Assembly (NCBI GenBank): GCA_030615175.1
Contig: JAUWZX010000001.1
Span: forward strand, 346,029 to 410,028
Direction of reading: 5' to 3'
DNA: 64,000 nucleotides
From: Candidatus Parvarchaeota archaeon
GTDB taxonomy: Archaea > Nanobdellota > Nanobdellia > WJKC01
Below the pieces are notes generated by a model. It was not told the origin of the DNA and did not search any database. It worked only from the letters and a program-made list of their open reading frames with translations. Below are positions 47,599 through 57,279 of the stretch, in pieces. Each line of letters opens with the position of its first letter. Position 1 is the stretch's first letter. The translations under genes were made by a program, and so were the position numbers.

Positions 47599-48603
47599 AT
47601 GAATGTTATGGACAGGGAATTACTTGAGGATGTGCCGCGCTTAAAAGATTATAAAGTAGGACAAGTAACAACTCATTCTCATAATAAGACGCCAATTCCT
47701 TTTAAAGCATTAATTGATAGATTCTACAGGACTCCGCGAGTAAATGACCACAGTGACTGCGTGAGGATTGAGCCAGGCTCTTCATTTAAATTCAAGGAAG
47801 TTAAGGGACCTGGCATAATTAATCATGTGTGGATGACGATATTGCCTACAATTAGTAAGGTATTATTATCACCATTTAATCTTAAGAGTTTGGCCCCGTT
47901 TGGAGGGTATAATCCAAAGGATTCCTTAAAACTTGCTAAAATAAAGATTTACTTTGATGGCAAGAAACGAGTTGACGCGCCATTAGGTGACTTCTTTGGA
48001 GTGGGGTTTGGCGAGTATAAATCATTTACTTCACGATTCTTAAAGATGACGAGCGGAGGCTACGTTTGCTGTTTCCCAATGCCATACTGGGATTCATGCA
48101 GGATTGAAGTAGAGAATACGAGTAATTCAAGAGTGATACCAATTTTTTATGGAGCAGTCACTTATCAGGAGCATGAGTCATTGGATGATAAGTTATGCTA
48201 TTTTAACGCAAAGTATAATGAGGAGAAGCCGACAACTAAGTGGAAGCCGTACACAATATTAAAGGCAAAAGGTAATGGGCATTTAGAGGGCTGTGTTTTA
48301 AATATTAAAGGAAATAAGAGATGTCTTGAAGGAAATCTTAAGATTGTGCTTGATGATGAACGATTAATAGAGTATACTGGAATTGAAGATTATTTTAATG
48401 CTGGATGGTACTTTACTAAAGGACTTTTTGATGATGATTACCATGGCTTAACAGTTAAGAAAGATGATATGATTTCAGCTTATAGGTTTCATGAAGGCGG
48501 AATGCCTTTTAAGAAAGGAATTAAGGTCTCAGTACACCATGGAGAATTTGATGAATTAAGAGCTGATTTCTCAAGCGTTGCGTATTATTACCTTAAAGAT
48601 TAA
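47599..48603 (+). CDS. DUF2961 / GH172-like glycoside hydrolase
   Basis: GPGIINHVWMT, PLGDFFG, FPMPY, LEGN, TGIEDYFNAGWYF, YRFH, SVAYYY. Confidence 0.88.
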   Translation: MNVMDRELLEDVPRLKDYKVGQVTTHSHNKTPIPFKALIDRFYRTPRVNDHSDCVRIEPGSSFKFKEVKGPGIINHVWMTILPTISKVLLSPFNLKSLAPFGGYNPKDSLKLAKIKIYFDGKKRVDAPLGDFFGVGFGEYKSFTSRFLKMTSGGYVCCFPMPYWDSCRIEVENTSNSRVIPIFYGAVTYQEHESLDDKLCYFNAKYNEEKPTTKWKPYTILKAKGNGHLEGCVLNIKGNKRCLEGNLKIVLDDERLIEYTGIEDYFNAGWYFTKGLFDDDYHGLTVKKDDMISAYRFHEGGMPFKKGIKVSVHHGEFDELRADFSSVAYYYLKD

Positions 48604-48642
48604 ATAAATCTTTTTAATTAAGAATTGCTATTAAATTAAGTA

Positions 48643-50172
48643 ATGATTAATTTAGATGCTGATAATAAAGTATCAATTAATGAGCAGGAATTACTTACCG
48701 GGCGTTCATGCATTATTGGCCAGTCAGGTTCAGGCAAGAGTTATGCCATTGCAGTGATTTGCGAGTCATTATGCGATAACGGCTTAGGATTCATCATTAT
48801 TGACACTGAAGGGGAATACTTCAGTTTAAAAGAGAAGTTTAACCTTATCTGGAGTACTTACTCGGATGAGGGCGACTTAGATTTAAGAAAAGTGGATTTT
48901 AAGCGGTTAGCAAGACAGGTTATTAAGAATAATGTGCCATTAATATTTGACGTTTCAGAAGCAGAAGACCCGAGAGGGGAAGTTGGAAAAATCTGCAAAG
49001 CATTATACGACCAGGCAACCATTCTAAGAATCCCTTACTTAATAATTATTGAGGAAGCGGATAAGTTCTGCCCTCAGAGAGGCGTGTGCGTACCAGAGGT
49101 TGAGGAAATCAGCAGAAGAGGGCGCAAGAGGGGTTTAGGATTGCTTGTTGCAAGTCAGCGCCCAGCACTGATTAATAAGGCAGTATTATCTCAATGCAAT
49201 ATTCAATTAATTGGCAGGTTAACAATTGATAATGATATTGATGCCGTGAAGTCATTCATTCATAACAGAGTGTTATTGTACAAGCTTCCTGACTTAAGTG
49301 CAGGTGAGTTCGTGCTAAGCGGTTTAGGAGAGGACTTCATATTCAAGTTTAAGAAGAGAGTGACTTCTCATAAGAGTTCATCACCGCCAATAAAGAAGAA
49401 GGAGCAGCCAATGATTAAGGAAGTGCTTAATAATTTAGGAATCATGAAACCTGAATTAATAACTGGTAATGGCGTGAAACCATTAATTTCATTAAGTGAT
49501 GCGAGGAAGAAGGTAATTAGGTTGTCACGCAAGAAGTACTTATTCTTCGGCAAGAAGGAGAAAATAACAGGCATTAACTTAATTTATGAGCCATTAATTG
49601 AGTTGAAAGTCAGGTTATTAAAGAAGAAATTTTTAGGAAAGGATTCGCATACTGATTACTACTTATATTTTAATAATTACATGGTTGTTAATAATAATTT
49701 TGAATTCATGTATAATTTAAAGCCGTTAAAAGAATTATCATATAATGAAGTTCAAGTATTAATCCAGTTACTATACTCTCATGGTTTGAAAACAATTAAG
49801 TCCATTACCCGCGGAACTAAGTTAAGCGAGGAGCGGGTGCGCAGGGCAGTGATTAATTTAACTGATAAGAAGTTAGCATTGAATGTTGGTAAGAGGGGCA
49901 GGGTTAATACTTATGAAGTGTTAAGAAGGATTGACGTGCCGCGCATTAAAAGCATGTCCCAGAAGAAGTTAAGAACAAGTATTAAGCCTGAGGAGAAAGG
50001 GAAGCCAAGCATTGATTTATCCGCTTTAAACAGTATTATTAAATCAATTAATCGTAAAGCAGAGATTTTAGAATCTAAAACTTTATATTTCCCCTTCTAT
50101 GAAATTACTTTAAGAAGGGGTGACAGAGGCAGGCGTTTATTAATTAATGGGGTTACGGGCAAGGTGAAATAA
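48643..50172 (+). CDS. HerA/DUF87-like P-loop ATPase with C-terminal winged-helix region
   Basis: GQSGSGKS, IDTEGEY, IEEADKF, RRGRKRG, SQRPA. Confidence 0.9.
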   Translation: MINLDADNKVSINEQELLTGRSCIIGQSGSGKSYAIAVICESLCDNGLGFIIIDTEGEYFSLKEKFNLIWSTYSDEGDLDLRKVDFKRLARQVIKNNVPLIFDVSEAEDPRGEVGKICKALYDQATILRIPYLIIIEEADKFCPQRGVCVPEVEEISRRGRKRGLGLLVASQRPALINKAVLSQCNIQLIGRLTIDNDIDAVKSFIHNRVLLYKLPDLSAGEFVLSGLGEDFIFKFKKRVTSHKSSSPPIKKKEQPMIKEVLNNLGIMKPELITGNGVKPLISLSDARKKVIRLSRKKYLFFGKKEKITGINLIYEPLIELKVRLLKKKFLGKDSHTDYYLYFNNYMVVNNNFEFMYNLKPLKELSYNEVQVLIQLLYSHGLKTIKSITRGTKLSEERVRRAVINLTDKKLALNVGKRGRVNTYEVLRRIDVPRIKSMSQKKLRTSIKPEEKGKPSIDLSALNSIIKSINRKAEILESKTLYFPFYEITLRRGDRGRRLLINGVTGKVK

Positions 50173-50580
50173 TTGTTAAAATTCAAGCAAGCGCCTGACG
50201 TGCACTTAATTGTGCGCGAAATAATTGAAGGACTTGGTTTTGATTACATTAATCCTGACCAAGTTATCTGTTTTAGGAGTGAGGGCACTAAGTCTGATGC
50301 TGTTCACGCTCGCTGCTGGTCCTTGCCCCGCATCTGGCAGCAGGCACTGCAAGTTAAGCCTCACTACACTCTTGAAGTAATTAGTGAGAAATTTGATTCA
50401 TTAAGCATGGCTGATAAGAAGAAATTACTCATTCATGAATTACTTCACATCCCTAAATCATTCAAGGGTGGTTTAAGACCTCATAAGGGTTACATTAGTC
50501 AAAAAATAGTTAATGAATTATACAGGAAATTAGAGATGAATCAGGAGAAGTCAAAGGAGTTCGGAATAAGATTCTTTTAG
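50173..50580 (+). CDS. Putative metallopeptidase (HExxH)
   Basis: ARCWSLP.IWQ.AL, EVISEKF, LIHELLHIP..F.GGLRPH. Confidence 0.85.
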   Translation: MLKFKQAPDVHLIVREIIEGLGFDYINPDQVICFRSEGTKSDAVHARCWSLPRIWQQALQVKPHYTLEVISEKFDSLSMADKKKLLIHELLHIPKSFKGGLRPHKGYISQKIVNELYRKLEMNQEKSKEFGIRFF

Positions 50581-50647
50581 AATAAAATTAATGGACCTCC
50601 TAAGGCTCATCAACCTCTTCCCTTTACAAACACAGAGAATAAATTAA

Positions 50648-50719
50648 TGGACCGGCCGGGATTCGCACCCGGGACCTCTTCCGTGCGAGGGAAGCATTCT
50701 ACTGCTGAACTACCAGCCC
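50648..50719 (-). tRNA. tRNA-Ala(CGC)
   Basis: GGGCTGG/CCGGTCC acceptor with G3-U70; CTTCC-CT-CGC-AC-GGAAG; variant T-loop TGCGAAT. Confidence 0.93.
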
Positions 50720-50735
50720 ATAAAGAGAGATAGTA

Positions 50736-51113
50736 TTATGCTTTTTTAAATTCTTCCCTGTAAGGCCATTGGTTCCTATCCATCACTTTTAGGACTTCAT
50801 CAATGCAAAGGCAGGTCTCACTGCAAACGCGAACATCTGACCTGTTTAAGTTGCGCTTGCAAATACTCTTAACAAAGCCGGTGAATTCATCATCACTGAC
50901 TTTAATAACGTAGTCATTCCTTGCTGGCTCTTTATTAACTCTGTGCAAGTACTTGTCATTTATTTTCCAGCCATTATGTTTCATGATTCCAAGCATGTAA
51001 TCAGTGAAAAGGCATTCACTGTATGCCTTAACATTGCCCTTTCTTAAATTATTCCTGCAAATACGATTAAGATGCTTTTCTAATTCACTTCTTGATGAGT
51101 AAATTGTAGTCAT
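50736..51113 (-). CDS. Hypothetical Cys-containing protein with two internal repeats
   Basis: ICRNNL...SECL...MKHNGW versus ICKRNL...SETCL...MDRNQW. Confidence 0.7.
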   Translation of the reverse strand: MTTIYSSRSELEKHLNRICRNNLRKGNVKAYSECLFTDYMLGIMKHNGWKINDKYLHRVNKEPARNDYVIKVSDDEFTGFVKSICKRNLNRSDVRVCSETCLCIDEVLKVMDRNQWPYREEFKKA

Positions 51114-51139
51114 TGAGAATTCAGTAGTAATAGCGTCTT

Positions 51140-51802
51140 TTAAATTTTTAGTTCGCTTGCCTTGAATTCAATGATTATTGAACCATCAATCAATCCTGCA
51201 TTAATTGAACTAACTATTGGAAGTCCAGTAATTCTTTCAAGGCAGAAGCTAACGCTTAAATTCATAACTTCACCGTCAATAATGTAATTAATGAAACTCT
51301 CTGACGTTGCCATGATTTCAGAGTTAATTAAGTCACAGTACAATCCGTTCACTACACTGAATCCTCCATAACTTAAACTGATTAATTCCTCATCAAGCAA
51401 TTCACTAATCTTAGTTATTGCTGAAACGCCAGCGAATCGCTGCGAAGTTAGTTTTGAAAGGTCTGCCTTGCTGCATTGATTATTCTCGCAGAAAAAGTGG
51501 GATTCATTCTCAATAATTAACTTAATAGAGTATACGCCGCCTTCATTAGGAAGGTTAAATGTGTAACTCTCGCTTGTTTCATTAAACATTATTATTGTTG
51601 GAATACTGGTTGTTACTGAGTAATTACCAATCTTTATTGAAGTAGTCATTAAACCAGTTATTGAATAATTAGTTATTAATGACTGCTTGTTCAAGGCATT
51701 AATAATCACTGTATTAGGATTCAAGTTAATTAATTGAGTGAAGATTAGTAGTAAAACTGATAAGCATATAAGGAGTGTTAAACCTAAACCCTTCATTTTC
51801 AA
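51140..51802 (-). CDS. Hypothetical secreted/anchored protein
   Basis: N-terminal hydrophobic helix; several NxS/T sequons; paired Cys. Confidence 0.65.
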   Translation of the reverse strand: MKMKGLGLTLLICLSVLLLIFTQLINLNPNTVIINALNKQSLITNYSITGLMTTSIKIGNYSVTTSIPTIIMFNETSESYTFNLPNEGGVYSIKLIIENESHFFCENNQCSKADLSKLTSQRFAGVSAITKISELLDEELISLSYGGFSVVNGLYCDLINSEIMATSESFINYIIDGEVMNLSVSFCLERITGLPIVSSINAGLIDGSIIIEFKASELKI

Positions 51803-51932
51803 TTAAGAATAAAGGATTTATAAGTATTTTAAGGTTTTTAATATAATTTTCCGCAAGCATTTTTACTCTCCTATAGCACTACTTTTTTTTTGGGACAAAA
51901 TTTAATAATTCGGAACTTTTAAGTAATACTTT

Positions 51933-53060
51933 ATGAAGGTGGCTATGCTTGGATGGGAGTTCCCTCCATTTATTTCAGGCGGATTAGGCACTCACTGCTA
52001 TGAATTAACAAAGAAGTTAAAGAAGTGGTGTGAAATATTGTTCTTCATGCCAAAACCTAAAGGAGAATTTTCAGCGCCTCATGTTCAAATAATACCAGTG
52101 CCTGGCGGATTCAGTGGTCCATACTTAAAAGAACTTGAAGGAATGGTTTCTGACGGGTTCTTTAGCAGGGTAAAACATTATAATGAGAATGTTATTAAAA
52201 CAGCGTTAAAGCATAGTTTTGACATAATACACTGCCATGACTGGATGACTATTACTGCAGGAGTTAAGTTAAAGAAATTAACAGGCAAGCCATTAGTATT
52301 CACTGTTCACAGCACTGAATGGGACAGGACTGCAGGCCATCCATGGCAGTTCATAGCCGATATAGAAAGGTTAGGGCTTAATGAGGCTGATAAAATAATA
52401 ACAGTAAGTAATTGGATGAAGAAACAATTAATGGACAGATACAATGTTAATGCTTCGAAGATTAAAGTGATTTACAACGCTATTGACCCTTCAAGGTTTA
52501 AGGCAATGGTTGAGAAATTAGGCAGCAAAGTGGTATTATTTCTCGGAAGATTAAGCATTCAGAAAGGAGCTGATTACTTCATTCACGCTGCTAAAAAAGT
52601 TTTAGACGTTGAACCAAACATTACTTTCCTAGTCGGGGGTAAGGGTCCTGAATTAAAGAACTTAATTAAATTAACAATTAACTTAGGAATTAGTGATAAA
52701 GTAAAATTCTTAGGCTACATTCCTGACGAGGACCTGCCTAAGTTATACGCGCTCGCTGACGTTTACGTAATGCCAAGCGTTGCCGAGCCGTTCGGCATAA
52801 CTGCACTAGAATCAATTGCTTCAGGCACACCATTAATTATTAGCAAGGATGCAGGTGTTTCAGAAGTCCTCCAGCACTGCTTGAAAGTTGATTTCTGGGA
52901 TGTTAATGAGATTGCTAACAAAATAATAGGCGTTCTAGAATATACAGGGTTAGGAGAGGAGTTATCAAAGCATGGATTAGAGGAATGTTCTAAAATCACT
53001 TGGGGTGAGGTTGCTAAGAAAACGCATGATTTATATTCATCATTAGCAGTTAATACATAG
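51933..53060 (+). CDS. GT4 glycosyltransferase (glycogen-cluster type)
   Basis: WEFPP..SGGLG, HCHDWMT, HSTE.DR, MPSVAEPFGITALE. Confidence 0.93.
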   Translation: MKVAMLGWEFPPFISGGLGTHCYELTKKLKKWCEILFFMPKPKGEFSAPHVQIIPVPGGFSGPYLKELEGMVSDGFFSRVKHYNENVIKTALKHSFDIIHCHDWMTITAGVKLKKLTGKPLVFTVHSTEWDRTAGHPWQFIADIERLGLNEADKIITVSNWMKKQLMDRYNVNASKIKVIYNAIDPSRFKAMVEKLGSKVVLFLGRLSIQKGADYFIHAAKKVLDVEPNITFLVGGKGPELKNLIKLTINLGISDKVKFLGYIPDEDLPKLYALADVYVMPSVAEPFGITALESIASGTPLIISKDAGVSEVLQHCLKVDFWDVNEIANKIIGVLEYTGLGEELSKHGLEECSKITWGEVAKKTHDLYSSLAVNT

Positions 53061-53062
53061 TA

Positions 53063-54262
53063 ATGGTTAAGGTCTGTTTGTACTTTCAGGTTCACCAGCC
53101 GGAGAGGCTTGCAGGGTATAACGTGTTCAGGCGTGACGGCAAGTACTTTGATGATGAGAGGAATAAGAAGATATTCCTGAAGGTTGCAAAGAAGTGTTAC
53201 TTGCCGACGAATAAGTTAATCCTTAAATTAATTAATGAAACTAAAAATGCTTTTAAGGTTTCTTATTCACTGACTGGAATCTTCATTGACCAGGCATTAA
53301 AGTACTGTCCAGAAGTTATTGAATCATTCAAGGAGTTAGTTAAGACAGGATGCGTTGACTTACTGTCAGAAACTTACTATCACTCGCTTGCATTCCTAAT
53401 GGATGAGCGCGAGTTCAGGGAGCAGGTGAATCTTCACAGGACAAGGATTAAATCATTATTTAATTATGAGCCATTAGTATTTCGGAATACTGAGGCAATG
53501 TATAATAATGAATTGGCAAGAATGGCAGAGCAGTTAGGCTTTAAAGGAGTTGTTGCTGAAGGATGGCATAAGTACTTGGAATGGCGGAGCCCTAATTATA
53601 TTTACAAGCCAGTTAAATCTAACATCAGGTTGTTACTGCGTAATTACAGGTTGTCAGATGATATTGGCTTCAGGTTCTCATTAAGGGACTGGTCTGAGTT
53701 CCCGTTAACAGCTGATAAGTATGCTTTATGGCTTAGCAGGGTTGAGGGGACGAATGTTAATTTATTCATTGATTATGAGACTTTTGGAGAGCATCAGTGG
53801 ACGGAGACAGGGATTTTTGAATTCCTTAAATACCTGCCAAGGGAAGTCCTTAGATACCCTCACTTAAATTTTGTCAGGATTAATGAATTATTAAGCGAAG
53901 AGCCTGTAGGAGTTATTGACATTCCTGACTTACTGTCATGGGCTGATATTGACCGGGATGCGTCAGCATGGCTTGGCAATGAAATGCAGCATAATGCTTT
54001 TAACAAGTTAAAAGAGTTAGCTGGTCTTGTTTACTCGCTTGGCAATGCTGAATTAATTGATTCGTGGCGCAGGCTTCAAACAAGCGACCACTTTTATTAC
54101 ATGTGCACTAAATGGTTTGCTGACGGCGACGTTCACAAATACTTCAATGCTTATGAAAACCCTTATGATGCTTACATTAATTACATGAATATTTTACAGG
54201 ACTTGAAGCGATTAATTAGTAACAAACTTAACGCGCGCGGAACACGCAAGACTACATCTTAG
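53063..54262 (+). CDS. GH57 alpha-amylase-family glycoside hydrolase
   Basis: FQVHQP, ETYYHSL, FRNTE, DYETFGEHQW, QTSDHFYYM. Confidence 0.95.
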   Translation: MVKVCLYFQVHQPERLAGYNVFRRDGKYFDDERNKKIFLKVAKKCYLPTNKLILKLINETKNAFKVSYSLTGIFIDQALKYCPEVIESFKELVKTGCVDLLSETYYHSLAFLMDEREFREQVNLHRTRIKSLFNYEPLVFRNTEAMYNNELARMAEQLGFKGVVAEGWHKYLEWRSPNYIYKPVKSNIRLLLRNYRLSDDIGFRFSLRDWSEFPLTADKYALWLSRVEGTNVNLFIDYETFGEHQWTETGIFEFLKYLPREVLRYPHLNFVRINELLSEEPVGVIDIPDLLSWADIDRDASAWLGNEMQHNAFNKLKELAGLVYSLGNAELIDSWRRLQTSDHFYYMCTKWFADGDVHKYFNAYENPYDAYINYMNILQDLKRLISNKLNARGTRKTTS

Positions 54263-54285
54263 CATGCCCAAAACTAATGTCTTGT

Positions 54286-54591
54286 TTACTTCCTTAGCAA
54301 TGCTTTAATTTTCTGCAGGGTGCGCCATTTATTTAATTCCTTGTCAAGTACTCTTATAATCTGGTCTTTCACTTCCACTTCGTTGCCCATTATTAAGGCA
54401 ATCTTGAAAGCCAGGCCGCTCTTATTTAGTGATTCATTAATCCATGCTGCAAAATCATTCTTATCCTTGGTCACATGATGTTTTATCGCATTATTGCCAG
54501 TATTAATCAGCGAGTTCCTTAATTCTTTTAAATTATTTATTACCTTAATAACTGTTTCTTCATTTTCTTTTAAGTAAAATGGTTCATTCAT
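54286..54591 (-). CDS. DUF5752-like small protein
   Basis: PFYL, NLKEL, IKHHV..DKNDFAAWI. Confidence 0.75.
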   Translation of the reverse strand: MNEPFYLKENEETVIKVINNLKELRNSLINTGNNAIKHHVTKDKNDFAAWINESLNKSGLAFKIALIMGNEVEVKDQIIRVLDKELNKWRTLQKIKALLRK

Positions 54592-54866
54592 TTTAATTCC
54601 TTAATAAGCTTGTTCTTTAATTCCTTCCTGTTTTTTGCTTTTAACTTCCTTACCTTGTTCGCTAATGCTTTGCTTCCTATAATATTCCTAATCCAGTCAG
54701 CGAAGTCATTCTTATCCTTTGCCACATGATGCTTTATAACGCTTACCGGCGCTTTCTTCAGCGCATTTCTTAACTCTTTAAGACTGTAACATGCATTAAT
54801 ATTCTTGAAGGGCGCTGCGCATAACCAGAAAGGGTTACTAACGCGCTTTTCATAATCCTTCTTCAT
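54588..54866 (-). CDS. DUF5752-like small protein (paralog)
   Basis: PFWL, SLKEL, IKHHV..DKNDFADWI. Confidence 0.75.
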   Translation of the reverse strand: MKKDYEKRVSNPFWLCAAPFKNINACYSLKELRNALKKAPVSVIKHHVAKDKNDFADWIRNIIGSKALANKVRKLKAKNRKELKNKLIKELK

Positions 54867-54901
54867 TATTTATAATTAACAGTGTTTGTGTTTAAATAAC
54901 T

Positions 54902-56737
54902 TTATTTCACTGCCATATTATACGCTTTAACGTAATTATTGATTTGAATTCTCCAGTCTAATTGTTCAGCAATGTTGCGCGCATTAATGCTTAATTCCAA
55001 TAGTGAGTCCTTATCCATTAATACAATGCCTTTCATTATCTCGCTTAAGTCATTACTAATCTGGTCGTCGTTTTTCTGTTTAACATTAAGAACTATTAAT
55101 CCTTTTTTCACTTCCTTAAAAGTTTTTTGAATAAATGAACCTGCACCGCTTGAATTAGTCGTGACTCCTAATGCAAGCAGGGCTCCTGCTTCCATTATAG
55201 TTAATCCCCACGGCTCATACCTTGAAGGGAATACGCCCATTGTGCAACTCATAACAGCGTCATTCACGTCCATGCTTAGTATCGGGTCCTTAGGGTTTAA
55301 GTACTCAGGGTAAAATATCACTTTAACAGGGTCATTGGCTTTATTCATTAATCCATTCTTCTTTAAGCTCTTCATTATCATGTCATTTTTTTCATTAATT
55401 TTGAAAGCGCATAATGAAGGCACTTCGCCTTTCCTCATGTTAAGGAATGATTTGCTTGCAAGTCTTAATTCATTCATGAACTCTTCGCCAAAAATAAATT
55501 TTAAACTCATTTCCTTCTCTTCAAGCGAGTTAATTAGTAAATTCTCCTTTATCTTGCCCATTTCTTCATTAATTAATTCATCAATCCTGTCAAATGACAG
55601 CATGTTCTCCTCAATTTCTTCCTTAACCCCTTCATTTTTTTGTGGAATCCAGATGAATGCGTAAACAGGGTTGTACTCGCCTTCCTTCATCCCTTTTAAT
55701 TTCTTATTTAATTTTCCTAACGCGTCAATGTATAAGTTAATGCCTTTGTTATAGAATTCATATCTTCCCAGAGTATAGAATATAACGCAGTCACTTGTCT
55801 TAATTATATAATAACTTGAGAAGTATGCTAAGAGGAATTTCTTCATTTTAAGCCTCATAACTCTTCTCTTGGCAATTACTTTCTCCATTGTCAGGTAATC
55901 ACTGAATTCTAAGGCATTAGGCATGATAATGTGTGGTTTTACTCCTAAGATGCTCGTTGCTTCCTCTGCAACGACATCGCTTACTGTAGTGAACGCGTCT
56001 GCTGATTCAGCGCATTTCTTCTCAAGCATGTGCTGAGCCTTAATCCCTAATCTTGAGGCTTCTTTAAGGTAATTATTTATTCGTGCTTCGCTGACATTAA
56101 TCCTTTTAGAACTTAAAGCCCTTCCAAGTCTTGTAGCATGAGTAGTGAATACTAATCCAATCTTGTCATAATTCTTCTTTAAGTATAATAGTCCTGCTCC
56201 TGAAAGCCATTCATGGAAGTGAGCCACTGCCTTGCCGTGCCTTCCTTGACTGCATACTTTCTCTACTAACTTTCCTGCAGCATAACTCCACGCTAAGGGC
56301 TCATCATAATCCATTCCAGTGTTTAATGAGTCAATGCCGTAATCATCCCATAATCTCTTCTTAATTAAATTAACATTCCGGTCAATAATCATTTCATTAT
56401 CTTTCTTAAACCAGATTCCCTTCTCCCTGAACTCCTTTGTTTCAAGTAATATTAATCTAATATTATTAGCAGTCACCCATCTACCATAATAAGCATTTAT
56501 TCCTTCATTCTTTAATTCCTCAAATACTTTCTTGTAATCACTTGGCGCTTCTTCCTGCTCAAAGTGTTCTAGAGCGCTTTTACTGTCATAGAAACCTATT
56601 GCCACGTAATTATTCCCATAAATCCTTTTCATTTCCTTGCTCTTGCTCTTTAGTACTGTAAATATGCCTCCAACTTTGTGCCCTGCTTCAAAGCTTATTT
56701 CAAAAATAGTATTAACTTTATTCCTTACTTCTTCCAT
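54902..56737 (-). CDS. GT3-family (eukaryote/Bacteroidetes-type) glycogen synthase
   Basis: FEISFEAGHKVGGIFTV, HFHEWL.G, FTTHAT.LGR, GRYEFYNKG, FPSRYEPWG.T. Confidence 0.93.
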   Translation of the reverse strand: MEEVRNKVNTIFEISFEAGHKVGGIFTVLKSKSKEMKRIYGNNYVAIGFYDSKSALEHFEQEEAPSDYKKVFEELKNEGINAYYGRWVTANNIRLILLETKEFREKGIWFKKDNEMIIDRNVNLIKKRLWDDYGIDSLNTGMDYDEPLAWSYAAGKLVEKVCSQGRHGKAVAHFHEWLSGAGLLYLKKNYDKIGLVFTTHATRLGRALSSKRINVSEARINNYLKEASRLGIKAQHMLEKKCAESADAFTTVSDVVAEEATSILGVKPHIIMPNALEFSDYLTMEKVIAKRRVMRLKMKKFLLAYFSSYYIIKTSDCVIFYTLGRYEFYNKGINLYIDALGKLNKKLKGMKEGEYNPVYAFIWIPQKNEGVKEEIEENMLSFDRIDELINEEMGKIKENLLINSLEEKEMSLKFIFGEEFMNELRLASKSFLNMRKGEVPSLCAFKINEKNDMIMKSLKKNGLMNKANDPVKVIFYPEYLNPKDPILSMDVNDAVMSCTMGVFPSRYEPWGLTIMEAGALLALGVTTNSSGAGSFIQKTFKEVKKGLIVLNVKQKNDDQISNDLSEIMKGIVLMDKDSLLELSINARNIAEQLDWRIQINNYVKAYNMAVK

Positions 56738-57261
56738 ACCTTACTCACGTTTTTTAATAAATCTTTTTGTATTTCATCAAGGGTTTCAGGAACTACTCTC
56801 GTGTCAGCTGTTGACTCCATGAATCCTGCTTCGCGCTTGTACCTTGGCACTATTTGCCAGTGCAAGTGGTCAATGCTTGCTCCGCCGTATTCCCCAATAT
56901 TTAATCCAACATTGAAGCCGTCAGGATTGTAGGTTAATTTGATTAACTTCATTGCTTTCTGAACTCCTGTCATTAAGTTCCGCACTATTCTCCTGTCAAG
57001 ATTAATAAATCCTGTTACATGCTTGTTCGGGACGACCATTAAGTGCCCCAGGTTATAAGGGTAAATATTCATTAACACGAAGTAGTCATCTCCCTTGTAT
57101 ATCACTATTGATTTGAGTTTGCCGTTGCGTATGGCACACAGAATACATTTATGCTTTTTTGCTTTCTTAACATTCTTAACGTATTGTTTTCTCTTGCTTG
57201 ACCATAAGAAGTGGTCGTAAACCCCTTTAAACCCCTTGCCCATTAAATTAATAACAACCAA
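56725..57261 (-). CDS. HIT-family protein, HxHxQ (phosphorylase/transferase-type) variant
   Basis: CILC, N.YPY..GHLMVVP, GFNVGLN.G, HLHWQIVPR. Confidence 0.9.
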   Translation of the reverse strand: MVVINLMGKGFKGVYDHFLWSSKRKQYVKNVKKAKKHKCILCAIRNGKLKSIVIYKGDDYFVLMNIYPYNLGHLMVVPNKHVTGFINLDRRIVRNLMTGVQKAMKLIKLTYNPDGFNVGLNIGEYGGASIDHLHWQIVPRYKREAGFMESTADTRVVPETLDEIQKDLLKNVSKVWKK

Positions 57262-57279
57262 CCTGTTTATTTATCATTT

